Below, in pieces: positions 40,932 to 47,490 of a stretch of DNA of 47,490 nt. The notes below the pieces were generated by a model that saw only the letters and a list, made by a program, of their open reading frames with translations, did no database searches and was not told the DNA's origin. The DNA is from a virus. Within the stretch, counting starts at the first letter, position 1. Each line of letters begins with the position of its first letter. The stretch is taken from the IMG/VR virus record IMGVR_UViG_3300011423_000003; one strand, written 5' to 3'. A program made the translations under genes and the position numbers.

Positions 40932-42390
40932 GCGACGGCTCCATCGAGATGAGGTTTAACGTCTGTTTCGCCCGTGTCTCGATCACGTAGCGGACGTTCA
41001 GTTCTTGCTCGTAAGACTCAGTACCAGGCGTTGACCACTTGGAAGGTATTCTCCAGGGATCAAGGTGGAAGACGTTATCCCACTCATGACCCTTGCTCTT
41101 GTGGCCGCTGATCAGTGTGATCGTTCCTTCGGACTTGAACAAGACGTGCTCGGCGTAAGCAATCGCCGCACCAAGGTTTGGTCCAGCAACCGCGAACACT
41201 TCAAGACACTCACGCTTGTCTGCGACCGCTCCGGGGTTCCGAGTCTTCTTAAGCGCCTCGGTTTCCCACTTATCAATCGCGTCGAGGACCATTGCTGAAG
41301 TCATTGACTCCGGTCCCATCTTCTTAAGAATCTTGATGAGACCTGGGCCGACCTCGGCACCAACAAGCTTTGCTCCACGGCCGTTCTTAAGTAAGTCAAG
41401 TGTGGCCTTGAAAAGTGGAGCATTGTTTCGACAGATGACCGTCGCCCCATCTTCAATCTTGTCGATGTCCCACTCTCCGCGCTCGTTCACCGCACCCTCA
41501 ACAGCCCAAGTCGGCCATCTCATGTGAGGCACTCTGGTATGCGCTCTGCGGATGATTGACTGAGGGCAGCGGAATGAGATGGAAAGCGTCATCTCCTTGC
41601 ACGAAAAGCGCTCTTTGAGTGAGGCCATCCCACCAGTCATCGCGCCTCGGAAAGCGTAGATGCTTTGCCAAGGATCACCGACTCCCATGAAGCGGCTCGT
41701 CGTCGTAAGCTTCGAAAGCATTTCGTGATTGAGCGGAGACCAATCCTGAGTCTCATCTCCCATCACGATTGGGAACTTAGGAAAGCTTCCGCCGAACAAG
41801 GTGGGCATGTAAATCTGGTCGTCGAAGTCGATCATCCCGTTGTAAGCGAGGTTGATGGACTTGACTAAGATCTCATCCGCCAAGTTGCAATGCTCTTCTT
41901 CGGGGATGTCTTCGAGTGAGTTGAAGAAGTCCTCACCGCTGATTAAGTGCTTGGCGTTCGGAAAGGCCTTGTCAGGGATGTAGCCAGCGACTTTCGCGGA
42001 GCGAACGATCTTCATCACCTCTTCGAAGCTGTCACTGTACTTGGACTTGACTCCGCGAGGCATGTTATCAAGTACTGAACGGAAGACAGTCGAGTTCTTC
42101 TTCGCATCAAGCGTGAGTCGACGGCCTGTCGCTTCACTCCAGACTCGATGACCAAGCGCATTGATCGTCGAGCACTTAACATGCCCTGGAAGCTTCTTCG
42201 CCATCTCTTCGGCAATCCGCTTGTTGAAGGCGATGCTGAGGATCGGCTGGACCGGCATCTTCTCACAAAGCAACTCGAGTGTAGTGGTCTTGGCCGCACC
42301 AGCAAGTGCGTTGATGAGCAGGTTGTCTTTGCTGGACAACGCTGCATCGACGATCGCCTGTTGTTCTTCAGTTGGTGGATGCTTCATCAT
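40924..42390 (-). CDS. UvrD/Rep-like SF1 helicase
   Basis: ATG-ATG at 42390/42387 after GGAG. Motifs LAGAAKTT (Walker A with Ala before Lys), MGDETQDW, GDPWQSIYAFRGA, SFRC, HKSKGHEWD and ETRAKQTL. The upstream 67 codons of the track ORF look non-coding. Confidence 0.8.
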   Translation of the reverse strand: MMKHPPTEEQQAIVDAALSSKDNLLINALAGAAKTTTLELLCEKMPVQPILSIAFNKRIAEEMAKKLPGHVKCSTINALGHRVWSEATGRRLTLDAKKNSTVFRSVLDNMPRGVKSKYSDSFEEVMKIVRSAKVAGYIPDKAFPNAKHLISGEDFFNSLEDIPEEEHCNLADEILVKSINLAYNGMIDFDDQIYMPTLFGGSFPKFPIVMGDETQDWSPLNHEMLSKLTTTSRFMGVGDPWQSIYAFRGAMTGGMASLKERFSCKEMTLSISFRCPQSIIRRAHTRVPHMRWPTWAVEGAVNERGEWDIDKIEDGATVICRNNAPLFKATLDLLKNGRGAKLVGAEVGPGLIKILKKMGPESMTSAMVLDAIDKWETEALKKTRNPGAVADKRECLEVFAVAGPNLGAAIAYAEHVLFKSEGTITLISGHKSKGHEWDNVFHLDPWRIPSKWSTPGTESYEQELNVRYVIETRAKQTLNLISMEPSHG

Positions 42391-42628
42391 TAACTCCGTC
42401 TGATAAGAGTGAAAAAAGGAGAGACAAAAGAGCTTCCCCGCCCTCAACTGAGAGAGGGATGGGAAGGTGGCCTTGCTTCGCCAAGAAGAGTTCTGGCGTC
42501 GCGTCCTTGGGGCAGCCGTCGAAAGGACTGTAGACGAACCACCCCTTGGTCTTCCTGAAGGCGATGCAAGTCGGCGCTGTTGAGTAGCCATACCTGATCG
42601 CGTGCTGTAGGTTGTTGAAGTAGATCAC
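42368..42628 (-). CDS. Hypothetical protein (86 aa), GTG start
   Basis: GTGA overlap with the upstream stop, with GAAGGTGA upstream. The remainder of the 138-aa track ORF is Arg/Ser-rich junk overlapping the upstream gene. Confidence 0.45.
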   Translation of the reverse strand: MIYFNNLQHAIRYGYSTAPTCIAFRKTKGWFVYSPFDGCPKDATPELFLAKQGHLPIPLSVEGGEALLSLLFSLLSDGVNDEASTN

Positions 42629-42822
42629 AGCATCACCTTCCTGACCTTCTCCATGATCTCGGTGTCGTGAAGCTTGATGATCCGCCACGCCGCAGCTTGG
42701 CAGTAACAAACTTCGTCTTTGTCGTCTCGATTGCAATAAGGAGTGGACTCTCCTCTCAGAGACTTTTCGATCCACTCTGGGCAACCGATCTCCTCTGCAA
42801 CTATCGCAGTGTATTGTCTCAT
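42625..42822 (-). CDS. Hypothetical Cys-containing protein (65 aa)
   Basis: ATG 42822 after GAGGAG. First gene downstream of a consensus promoter. Confidence 0.55.
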   Translation of the reverse strand: MRQYTAIVAEEIGCPEWIEKSLRGESTPYCNRDDKDEVCYCQAAAWRIIKLHDTEIMEKVRKVML

Positions 42823-42848
42823 AACGCGCTCCTCTTCTGAGAAAAACA

Positions 42849-42877
42849 ATTATATCATGAACTTAGTTTGCTGTCAA
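42849..42877 (-). promoter_or_regulatory. Consensus sigma70 promoter
   Basis: On the - strand: TTGACA, 17 nt, TATAAT, 27 nt upstream of the ATG at 42822. Confidence 0.6.
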
Positions 42878-43329
42878 GCCTTCTCTTTTGGGGCCTTACC
42901 CTTTGCGAAGATGACCTTTTGAACCAGCTGTTGCATCCGGCCGAAGACTGGATGATTGACCCAGCCTTCAGAGCGGCCGATGTCAACTGGATGGATGTCA
43001 AGCCAAACAGTCATCTCTGTTATGAACTTGAGATCGCCCGCACGAACACTGTAAGAGCGGCCGTCTCGACCGTAGCCGAGGACCAACGCAGGCCCACCGA
43101 ACTCAGACTTTTGATAACCCTCTCGTATGAAGCAGAAGAAACACTGGTCTTTCGGGCCTCCCATATTCGGGGGAAGTGCTCCCACGTCATCGAGATACAT
43201 CATCAAGTGGTCGTTGACTCGAACGCCCTCGATGAAGCTGCACTCGATGATCGTGCTGATATTCTTGTCGTTTTTGAGTTCGATTTCCTCGATTCGCTTC
43301 GAGCGAGGGTCGATCAAGATCCCTTTCAT
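42874..43329 (-). CDS. Hypothetical protein (151 aa; DUF3846-like impression)
   Basis: ORF coupled to the upstream gene. Family assignment is weak. Confidence 0.6.
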   Translation of the reverse strand: MKGILIDPRSKRIEEIELKNDKNISTIIECSFIEGVRVNDHLMMYLDDVGALPPNMGGPKDQCFFCFIREGYQKSEFGGPALVLGYGRDGRSYSVRAGDLKFITEMTVWLDIHPVDIGRSEGWVNHPVFGRMQQLVQKVIFAKGKAPKEKA

Positions 43330-43604
43330 TTCCTTCCTCCTTTCACAAGCTTGAGTTTGTGTTGCTGATTGAAGTGTCTCTTCGTGAGCTGGAAGTCGTA
43401 ACCGATTGAGCGAGCGACGGCCTTGACTGTCGCGAACTGCGGGCGCTTGGTAGTGCCGGAGAACCAGTTGTAAAGCGTGGTGGCGGTCACACCTGACTCA
43501 GCCTCGATGTGGCTGTACTTGACTCCACGGTCCTTGATCGCTGTTCGCAAGAGGTCGATTACAGGGTCTTTGTCTCGGAAGCTGTAAGTCTTGTACAGTT
43601 TCAT
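43326..43604 (-). CDS. HTH DNA-binding protein (Cro/CI-like)
   Basis: IEAESGVTATTLYNWFSGTTKRPQFATVKAVARSIGY matches the typical helix-turn-helix pattern. Confidence 0.6.
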   Translation of the reverse strand: MKLYKTYSFRDKDPVIDLLRTAIKDRGVKYSHIEAESGVTATTLYNWFSGTTKRPQFATVKAVARSIGYDFQLTKRHFNQQHKLKLVKGGRK

Positions 43605-43930
43605 GCGACACCTGTGAGTGCAAGGCCGTCTTTGGTCTGCTTAATGAGCTTGGCCTTCTTGAGTTGGAACAGTGGGCCATGCATCCGCTGGCGTTTGCGA
43701 CCGTCAGCCATGAAGGCGTCTCCAAGCTGTCGGACAGTCAGCGGTCCCTTGGAGAGGCGATCAAGAATGAAGTCCTTGTTGGTCACTCCGTTCACTGTTC
43801 GCGGCTCGTTGGGCTTTCGGACTGTGCGTCGAAGCTCGACGTTGTAAGGTATCTTGAGTGACTCGAGCCGCTTAAGTACGTCAGTCAAGTGATTGACTGG
43901 AACGATACAGACGACGTTGAAAGTCTCCAT
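43601..43930 (-). CDS. Winged-helix-like protein (109 aa)
   Basis: C-terminal FILDRLSKGPLTVRQLGDAF...LKKAKLIKQTKDG resembles a MarR/ArsR-type wHTH. Confidence 0.5.
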   Translation of the reverse strand: METFNVVCIVPVNHLTDVLKRLESLKIPYNVELRRTVRKPNEPRTVNGVTNKDFILDRLSKGPLTVRQLGDAFMADGRKRQRMHGPLFQLKKAKLIKQTKDGLALTGVA

Positions 43931-44094
43931 TAGAATTCATCTCCCGATGATAACAGTGTGATAATGAGTGTGACGGTGAGAACGACTGAGATGCAAACGG
44001 CAAGTGTGAACCCGCCGAAGGCATCCCAGATAGTGAGAGTGAGAGCAGTGCTCCACAAGAGCACCGCCCCCAACTGTATTAAGCCGTCTCTCAT
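43930..44094 (-). CDS. Small two-TM membrane protein, 54 aa; absent from the ORF track
   Basis: Translated by hand: MRDGLIQLGAVLLWSTALTLTIWDAFGGFTLAVCISVVLTVTLIITLLSSGDEF. ATGA overlap upstream and TAATG overlap downstream. Confidence 0.55.
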   Translation of the reverse strand: MRDGLIQLGAVLLWSTALTLTIWDAFGGFTLAVCISVVLTVTLIITLLSSGDEF

Positions 44095-44492
44095 CGGCCG
44101 ATCGGCTCGACTGACTCAGCATCATCAGCGAGCTGTTCGAGCGCCTCAACGAAGCTCTTGGTTTCCTCGTTTTCTTCATCGTGACCAAGGGCCTCAATGA
44201 CTGAACGCAGGGCAGTCACGCAGATCTCGACTCGCTGCGCCCTCGTTGGGTTCTTGTAGATAGTGCGAGGCCACTCGATAGTGTTGCTCTTAAGTGCGTC
44301 GGGCGGCTCAGGGTAGTCAAGGCTGGCGAACACCTCAGCCGCAGCCAGCATCTCCTGCCCTTTATCGCCCTCTTGCCAACGCTCGCCTTTCTCGTCGAAG
44401 TCGTCTTGCATCTCAGTCCCGATGTCAACCAGCTCTTGATGAGCTGTTGCAACGACGGTCTCGAGTGCCTCGCTCTTTGTCTCATAGGCCAT
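44091..44492 (-). CDS. Hypothetical acidic protein (133 aa)
   Basis: ATG 44492 after GGAGAA. Confidence 0.6.
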   Translation of the reverse strand: MAYETKSEALETVVATAHQELVDIGTEMQDDFDEKGERWQEGDKGQEMLAAAEVFASLDYPEPPDALKSNTIEWPRTIYKNPTRAQRVEICVTALRSVIEALGHDEENEETKSFVEALEQLADDAESVEPIGR

Positions 44493-44694
44493 TGAAGTGT
44501 TCTCCGATTGCTTGTGGGGTGTAGAGGAATGAAGCACGTGGATGGTTAGCTCGATCTTTGGTTAGCTTGGTCGCGATGAAGGCGGCCTCCTCTTCGTTCT
44601 CTGTTTCAAAACGCTTGCCATCGCTCTTAAGCCAAGAGGAGCGGGGTCCAGTGACCCCACCCCACACTTGACACCAGACTCCATACTTAGTCAT
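44482..44694 (-). CDS. Hypothetical protein (70 aa)
   Basis: ATG 44694 after GGAGGTG. Confidence 0.55.
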   Translation of the reverse strand: MTKYGVWCQVWGGVTGPRSSWLKSDGKRFETENEEEAAFIATKLTKDRANHPRASFLYTPQAIGEHFNGL

Positions 44695-44854
44695 CTTCAC
44701 CTCCACAGTTTAGAGCTGGCTCTTCATGCCTGCATTCCGCGCAGGCCCAAGTTTCCATCCCACAGAACCAGACTCGGCTGAGCTGCCGCTTGCGACCACA
44801 GCAGTCGCAGTCAGCTTGCTGACCGTCTTCGTGATCTAAGTTAGCCGTGGCCAT
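44687..44854 (-). CDS. Zn-ribbon-like small protein (55 aa)
   Basis: ATG 44854 after AGGAGAA. Cys pattern CDCC...C...CAEC. Confidence 0.5.
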   Translation of the reverse strand: MATANLDHEDGQQADCDCCGRKRQLSRVWFCGMETWACAECRHEEPALNCGGEDD

Positions 44855-45098
44855 ACTGTTTCTCCTGTCGTTCAGCGAGGATGTTGAGCAGGGCTTGCTC
44901 AGTGGGTGAAAGGCGACGCCAAAAGTCTGACAAAGCGTTGGTGCCTGGATCGGGTGGACACTCAGCATCAGCTGGGCGCTTCTTATAGTCAGGAACGAAG
45001 GACCACAGCTTCGTGTAAAGCGCTGTATTACCAACGCCTTCCAAGCACTCAGCTACTTCATCGGGCGTCCACACAGTGAACAACGTGGCGGGCTTCAT
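44841..45098 (-). CDS. Hypothetical protein (85 aa)
   Basis: ATG 45098 after GGAGGAGG. Confidence 0.55.
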   Translation of the reverse strand: MKPATLFTVWTPDEVAECLEGVGNTALYTKLWSFVPDYKKRPADAECPPDPGTNALSDFWRRLSPTEQALLNILAERQEKQYGHG

Positions 45099-45262
45099 CG
45101 GTCCTCCTCCCAGCATTCGAGGGCCTTGGGCCGGTCTCCACAGGGCTGCCAACCCTGTGGTACGATCGAGTATTCACGACCGGCGCTGTGGGCTTCCCAC
45201 TCAGCTTTAGCTTGCTGATGACAGTTTGGATTATCGAAGGTGAACTCAGGTGCGGGCTTCAT
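45095..45262 (-). CDS. Small hypothetical protein, 55 aa; absent from the ORF track
   Basis: Translated by hand: MKPAPEFTFDNPNCHQQAKAEWEAHSAGREYSIVPQGWQPCGDRPKALECWEEDR. ATGA overlaps at both ends. Confidence 0.5.
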   Translation of the reverse strand: MKPAPEFTFDNPNCHQQAKAEWEAHSAGREYSIVPQGWQPCGDRPKALECWEEDR

Positions 45263-45453
45263 GCGACCCTCTTCTTGTAAGCGGCGTGGCGCTGGAGCAA
45301 CTCAGATGACATCAAGTCAACTCCGGTCTCAATTTGAGACTCAATGAGCAATCGAGCCCACACCCGCATTCCAAGTGCATTATCTTTCTCGCACTCTTCA
45401 TGATAGGCGTTGTAGCAGATGGCAAGCGAGCGTGCCTGTTCTTTGGTGATCAT
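45259..45453 (-). CDS. Hypothetical protein (64 aa)
   Basis: ORF within the coupled chain. Confidence 0.55.
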   Translation of the reverse strand: MITKEQARSLAICYNAYHEECEKDNALGMRVWARLLIESQIETGVDLMSSELLQRHAAYKKRVA

Positions 45454-45454
45454 C

Positions 45455-45703
45455 TTACTTAACCTTCGTGTCGGTTGGAGTGAGCTGAACCAAGTACCGC
45501 CGCCAATTAGCTTGACGATCAGCCTCGGACTGCGGCGAAACCCTCTTCGAGATCATCTCGGCCATCTCTCGACTTGTGTAGGCCCAGATGAAGAAGAGGC
45601 GGGTGTCGATGTCTTGGATCGCGAAGAGTTGATCGCCCTTCTTAACATCTGTCCCACGCACTTTACGGTTCGCGTTAGCTGAGTATTGAACGATCTTGTT
45701 CAC
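45455..45703 (-). CDS. Hypothetical protein (82 aa)
   Basis: ORF within the coupled chain. Confidence 0.55.
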   Translation of the reverse strand: MNKIVQYSANANRKVRGTDVKKGDQLFAIQDIDTRLFFIWAYTSREMAEMISKRVSPQSEADRQANWRRYLVQLTPTDTKVK

Positions 45704-45891
45704 TGTGCGACTCCCGTCTCTTGATACATCTTGCGGAGGCGGGCAGCGATGAGGCCGCGTGATCCAGCGGGAAGGATTCCAAGCTCCCTACAGAAAGCAA
45801 CGAGGGTTTCGCGTGGGAGTGACTCCAAACCGAGATCGCCGTCGATTGTCTCTACTAAGTCAGCATCGAGCTTAAACATTGTCTTCTCCAT
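45700..45891 (-). CDS. Small protein with SAP/HeH-like motif (63 aa)
   Basis: LVAFCRELGILPAGSRGLIAARLRK resembles a HeH/Rho-N type DNA-binding motif. First gene after the promoter at 45928..45956. Confidence 0.5.
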   Translation of the reverse strand: MEKTMFKLDADLVETIDGDLGLESLPRETLVAFCRELGILPAGSRGLIAARLRKMYQETGVAQ

Positions 45892-45927
45892 GTGGTTTCA
45901 AGCCCGACTCTTCGAGTCGGTAAAAAC

Positions 45928-45956
45928 ATGGTATCACATAAAAAGACTACTGTCAA
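45928..45956 (-). promoter_or_regulatory. Sigma70-like promoter
   Basis: On the - strand: TTGACA, 17 nt, TACCAT. The leader begins with the hairpin CCGACTC-GAA-GAGTCGG (45904..45920). Confidence 0.5.
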
Positions 45957-45978
45957 CAATCTCGTGTATCGCACACTC

Positions 45979-46013
45979 GGTATGGCTAGATAAACGGTTT
46001 ATGAAGCCATATC
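45979..46013. repeat. 35-bp palindromic intergenic element, copy 5
   Basis: GGTATGGCTAGATAAACGGTTTATGAAGCCATATC. Overlaps the stop codon of the 52-aa ORF and lies 22 nt upstream (on the - strand) of the -35 box. Confidence 0.85.
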
Positions 46014-46157
46014 AGCACCGTCATCTTCATCCCTGAGAGCGGTAAGGATTTGCCCGAGAATGAACTTTGCTGTCAGCTTGCTGACACTGGACTCCACTTC
46101 GAGTTGCATGGTCTCGAGATCGAACTTGATGATGATGTAGTCAAGTTCATCGTCCAT
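45999..46157 (-). CDS. Small acidic protein, 52 aa; absent from the ORF track
   Basis: Translated by hand: MDDELDYIIIKFDLETMQLEVESSVSKLTAKFILGQILTALRDEDDGADMAS. TGATG overlap with the upstream stop. Confidence 0.4.
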   Translation of the reverse strand: MDDELDYIIIKFDLETMQLEVESSVSKLTAKFILGQILTALRDEDDGADMAS

Positions 46158-46864
46158 CAGAATAAATCCTTTCTCGAATCTTCCTCATCCTTGAGTTTTA
46201 GCAAGCGCTCGTGTTCATCAAGCAAATATTTCAGCTCGCGCCTCTCCTCAGCATTCGTACTCTCAGGACTTAACTCTCCTCTTCGTTTAACATTAAGTAT
46301 AATCTTATCTGTGAGTGTTGCTTGTTCAATCGCCTTCAGTTCCTTATCAACATACTTTCCGAAGTAAGTGAACAAATGCTTTGTAAAGTTCTCATAAGTG
46401 TCTCTAATTGCTGATTCAAGCTCATCATCCTCTTCTTCCATATAGAGATCCATAACAAACTTGAGCGAATCAAAGTATTCCCAAGCATCACGACATGCTG
46501 GATTATCTTTATGAAACTGTGGATTTTCTTCGGCCTTAACAATATCTTCCCGCCAACGCTCGATCCATCGAGGCTCTTTCTTTCGCTTCTTAACTGGAAT
46601 AACAGCTGTTGGTTTTTCATCTGTATTTGATTTAACTGCAACAATCTTAATCTTCTCTTCTTTAATGGCAACTGTTATTCGCGAGCGTTCTTTGTTTGTC
46701 TTGATACCCAGTGGTTTGAGTGGGAATAATGGGAGTTGTGGACCTTTTTGTTCAGCTTGTAACAGTCGATATAACTTACTTCGATCACGCTCGTAATCAT
46801 CAGTCTCGAATGTGATCGAGCCATTTTTGCGGGCCTCATCAATAATCTTTTGTAGCTCACTCAT
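46157..46864 (-). CDS. Early protein, hypothetical (235 aa), AT-rich gene
   Basis: Long ORF rich in charged residues. 4-nt overlap with the upstream gene. Confidence 0.7.
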   Translation of the reverse strand: MSELQKIIDEARKNGSITFETDDYERDRSKLYRLLQAEQKGPQLPLFPLKPLGIKTNKERSRITVAIKEEKIKIVAVKSNTDEKPTAVIPVKKRKKEPRWIERWREDIVKAEENPQFHKDNPACRDAWEYFDSLKFVMDLYMEEEDDELESAIRDTYENFTKHLFTYFGKYVDKELKAIEQATLTDKIILNVKRRGELSPESTNAEERRELKYLLDEHERLLKLKDEEDSRKDLF

Positions 46865-47298
46865 TTTTCCTCCAAAAGCTTATAGATTTCCTCCCCATTA
46901 AGTCGTGTGGATTTGGGCCTCGGCGGCGGCCCCGCTATCATCTTTTCCTTAAAGAGATCATCCCAACTCGGGTCGCTTGAGAGTCGTTTGAATGAAATGA
47001 CTAACCAATGAACACCTTGAATGCACTCATAACTGATTGAAGCGCTTGGCCACGAAGCCTTCAGCGTTGTTTCATTGAGCACTATCTCAGGATCAAGCCC
47101 GTCAGCTTCGGCTTGCTCGGTGATTGCTGTCGCCCACATTCGCTGGAATGAATAACAGCTTTGTCTCAAGTTAAACGCATCATTCTTCGTTCGACACTGT
47201 AAGCTGATCTCGTACTCACCTGTCTCGAGAGCCTTTTGCGAAGCATCGAGCAATATCTTACGAGCAACATTAACTCGGCCGCTGATCTTTCTGGGCAT
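46861..47298 (-). CDS. First early protein, hypothetical (145 aa)
   Basis: ATG 47298 after GGAGGT. The track start at 47352 lies inside the promoter. Confidence 0.7.
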   Translation of the reverse strand: MPRKISGRVNVARKILLDASQKALETGEYEISLQCRTKNDAFNLRQSCYSFQRMWATAITEQAEADGLDPEIVLNETTLKASWPSASISYECIQGVHWLVISFKRLSSDPSWDDLFKEKMIAGPPPRPKSTRLNGEEIYKLLEEK

Positions 47299-47323
47299 TG
47301 GTGACCTCCATTTAACTCTGTGA

Positions 47324-47352
47324 ATTATAACATGATTTTTGGTAGTTTGCAA
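47324..47352 (-). promoter_or_regulatory. Near-consensus sigma70 early promoter at the right end
   Basis: On the - strand: TTGCAA, 17 nt, TATAAT. It lies 16 nt inside the terminal repeat boundary and 26 nt upstream of the ATG at 47298. Confidence 0.6.
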
Positions 47353-47367
47353 GCGGTATTTGATTTA

Positions 47368-47490
47368 CTGGAGATGGTTGTTGGATCGAGTTAGTGAGTG
47401 TATTTTTGATTTTCGATTTGGGATCGACCACCTCAACTCTGAGTATGCCCAGTGGGTTTGTTAGTGTAAAAAAAAAAAAAAAAAAAAAAA
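47368..47490. repeat. Terminal direct repeat, right copy (identical to 1..123), ends in A23 (47468..47490)
   Basis: Exact match to 1..123 on reading both ends. Confidence 0.9.

Noticed and set aside
42391-42591. N-terminal 67-codon extension of the helicase ORF
   Set aside because: The extension is Arg/Ser-rich and overlaps the upstream 86-aa gene. An ATG-ATG with GGAG upstream at 42390 immediately precedes the conserved helicase N-terminus.
43326-43930. Lysogeny module (CI/Cro switch) implied by the HTH and winged-helix proteins
   Set aside because: No integrase, excisionase, attP-like site or divergent repressor arrangement is present. Both genes sit in a unidirectional coupled operon, so a temperate lifestyle is not supported.
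46050-46367. 105-aa + strand ORF in the early region
   Set aside because: It is antisense to the 235-aa early gene and the 52-aa ORF. Its translation is Ser/Leu-rich and it has no RBS.

Overview
Near-complete genome of a tailed dsDNA phage with T7-like (podovirus-type) virion gene order but no recognisable phage RNA polymerase. Unit length is 47,367 bp plus an exact 123-bp terminal redundancy (1..123 = 47368..47490) that ends in an A23 tract. Two convergent transcription arms meet at 29347..29350. The + arm (1.5-29.35 kb) carries a P-loop kinase / Cys-phosphatase pair, TerS, TerL, three tail-fibre genes and small membrane proteins. It continues with portal, scaffold, HK97-type major capsid, a decoration-like protein, gp11/gp12-like adaptor and nozzle, gp13-gp16-like internal virion proteins (including 1187-aa and 2034-aa giants) and a gp17 N-terminal anchor-only protein. 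The - arm (47.3 -> 29.35 kb) carries AT-rich early genes, about 20 small translationally coupled ORFs, HTH/RHH proteins and a UvrD-like helicase. It also carries a Cas4-like nuclease / Sak4 / DUF669-like recombination module, a PEP-CTERM-type (VPLPA variant) secreted-protein moron, a ParB-domain DNA methyltransferase and an NDT-like protein. It ends with a family A DNA polymerase split into UDG-exo and pol genes and a DUF3987-like NTPase. One isolated GC-rich - strand gene (637..1023) lies near the left end. Near-consensus sigma70-type promoters (all with 17-nt spacers) head the units. The most notable unexplained signal is a 35-bp near-palindrome present five times, always between genes. No tRNA, rRNA, CRISPR array, integrase, reverse transcriptase or separate endolysin gene was recognised. 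All functional calls come from motif recognition by eye; no database search or computation was run.
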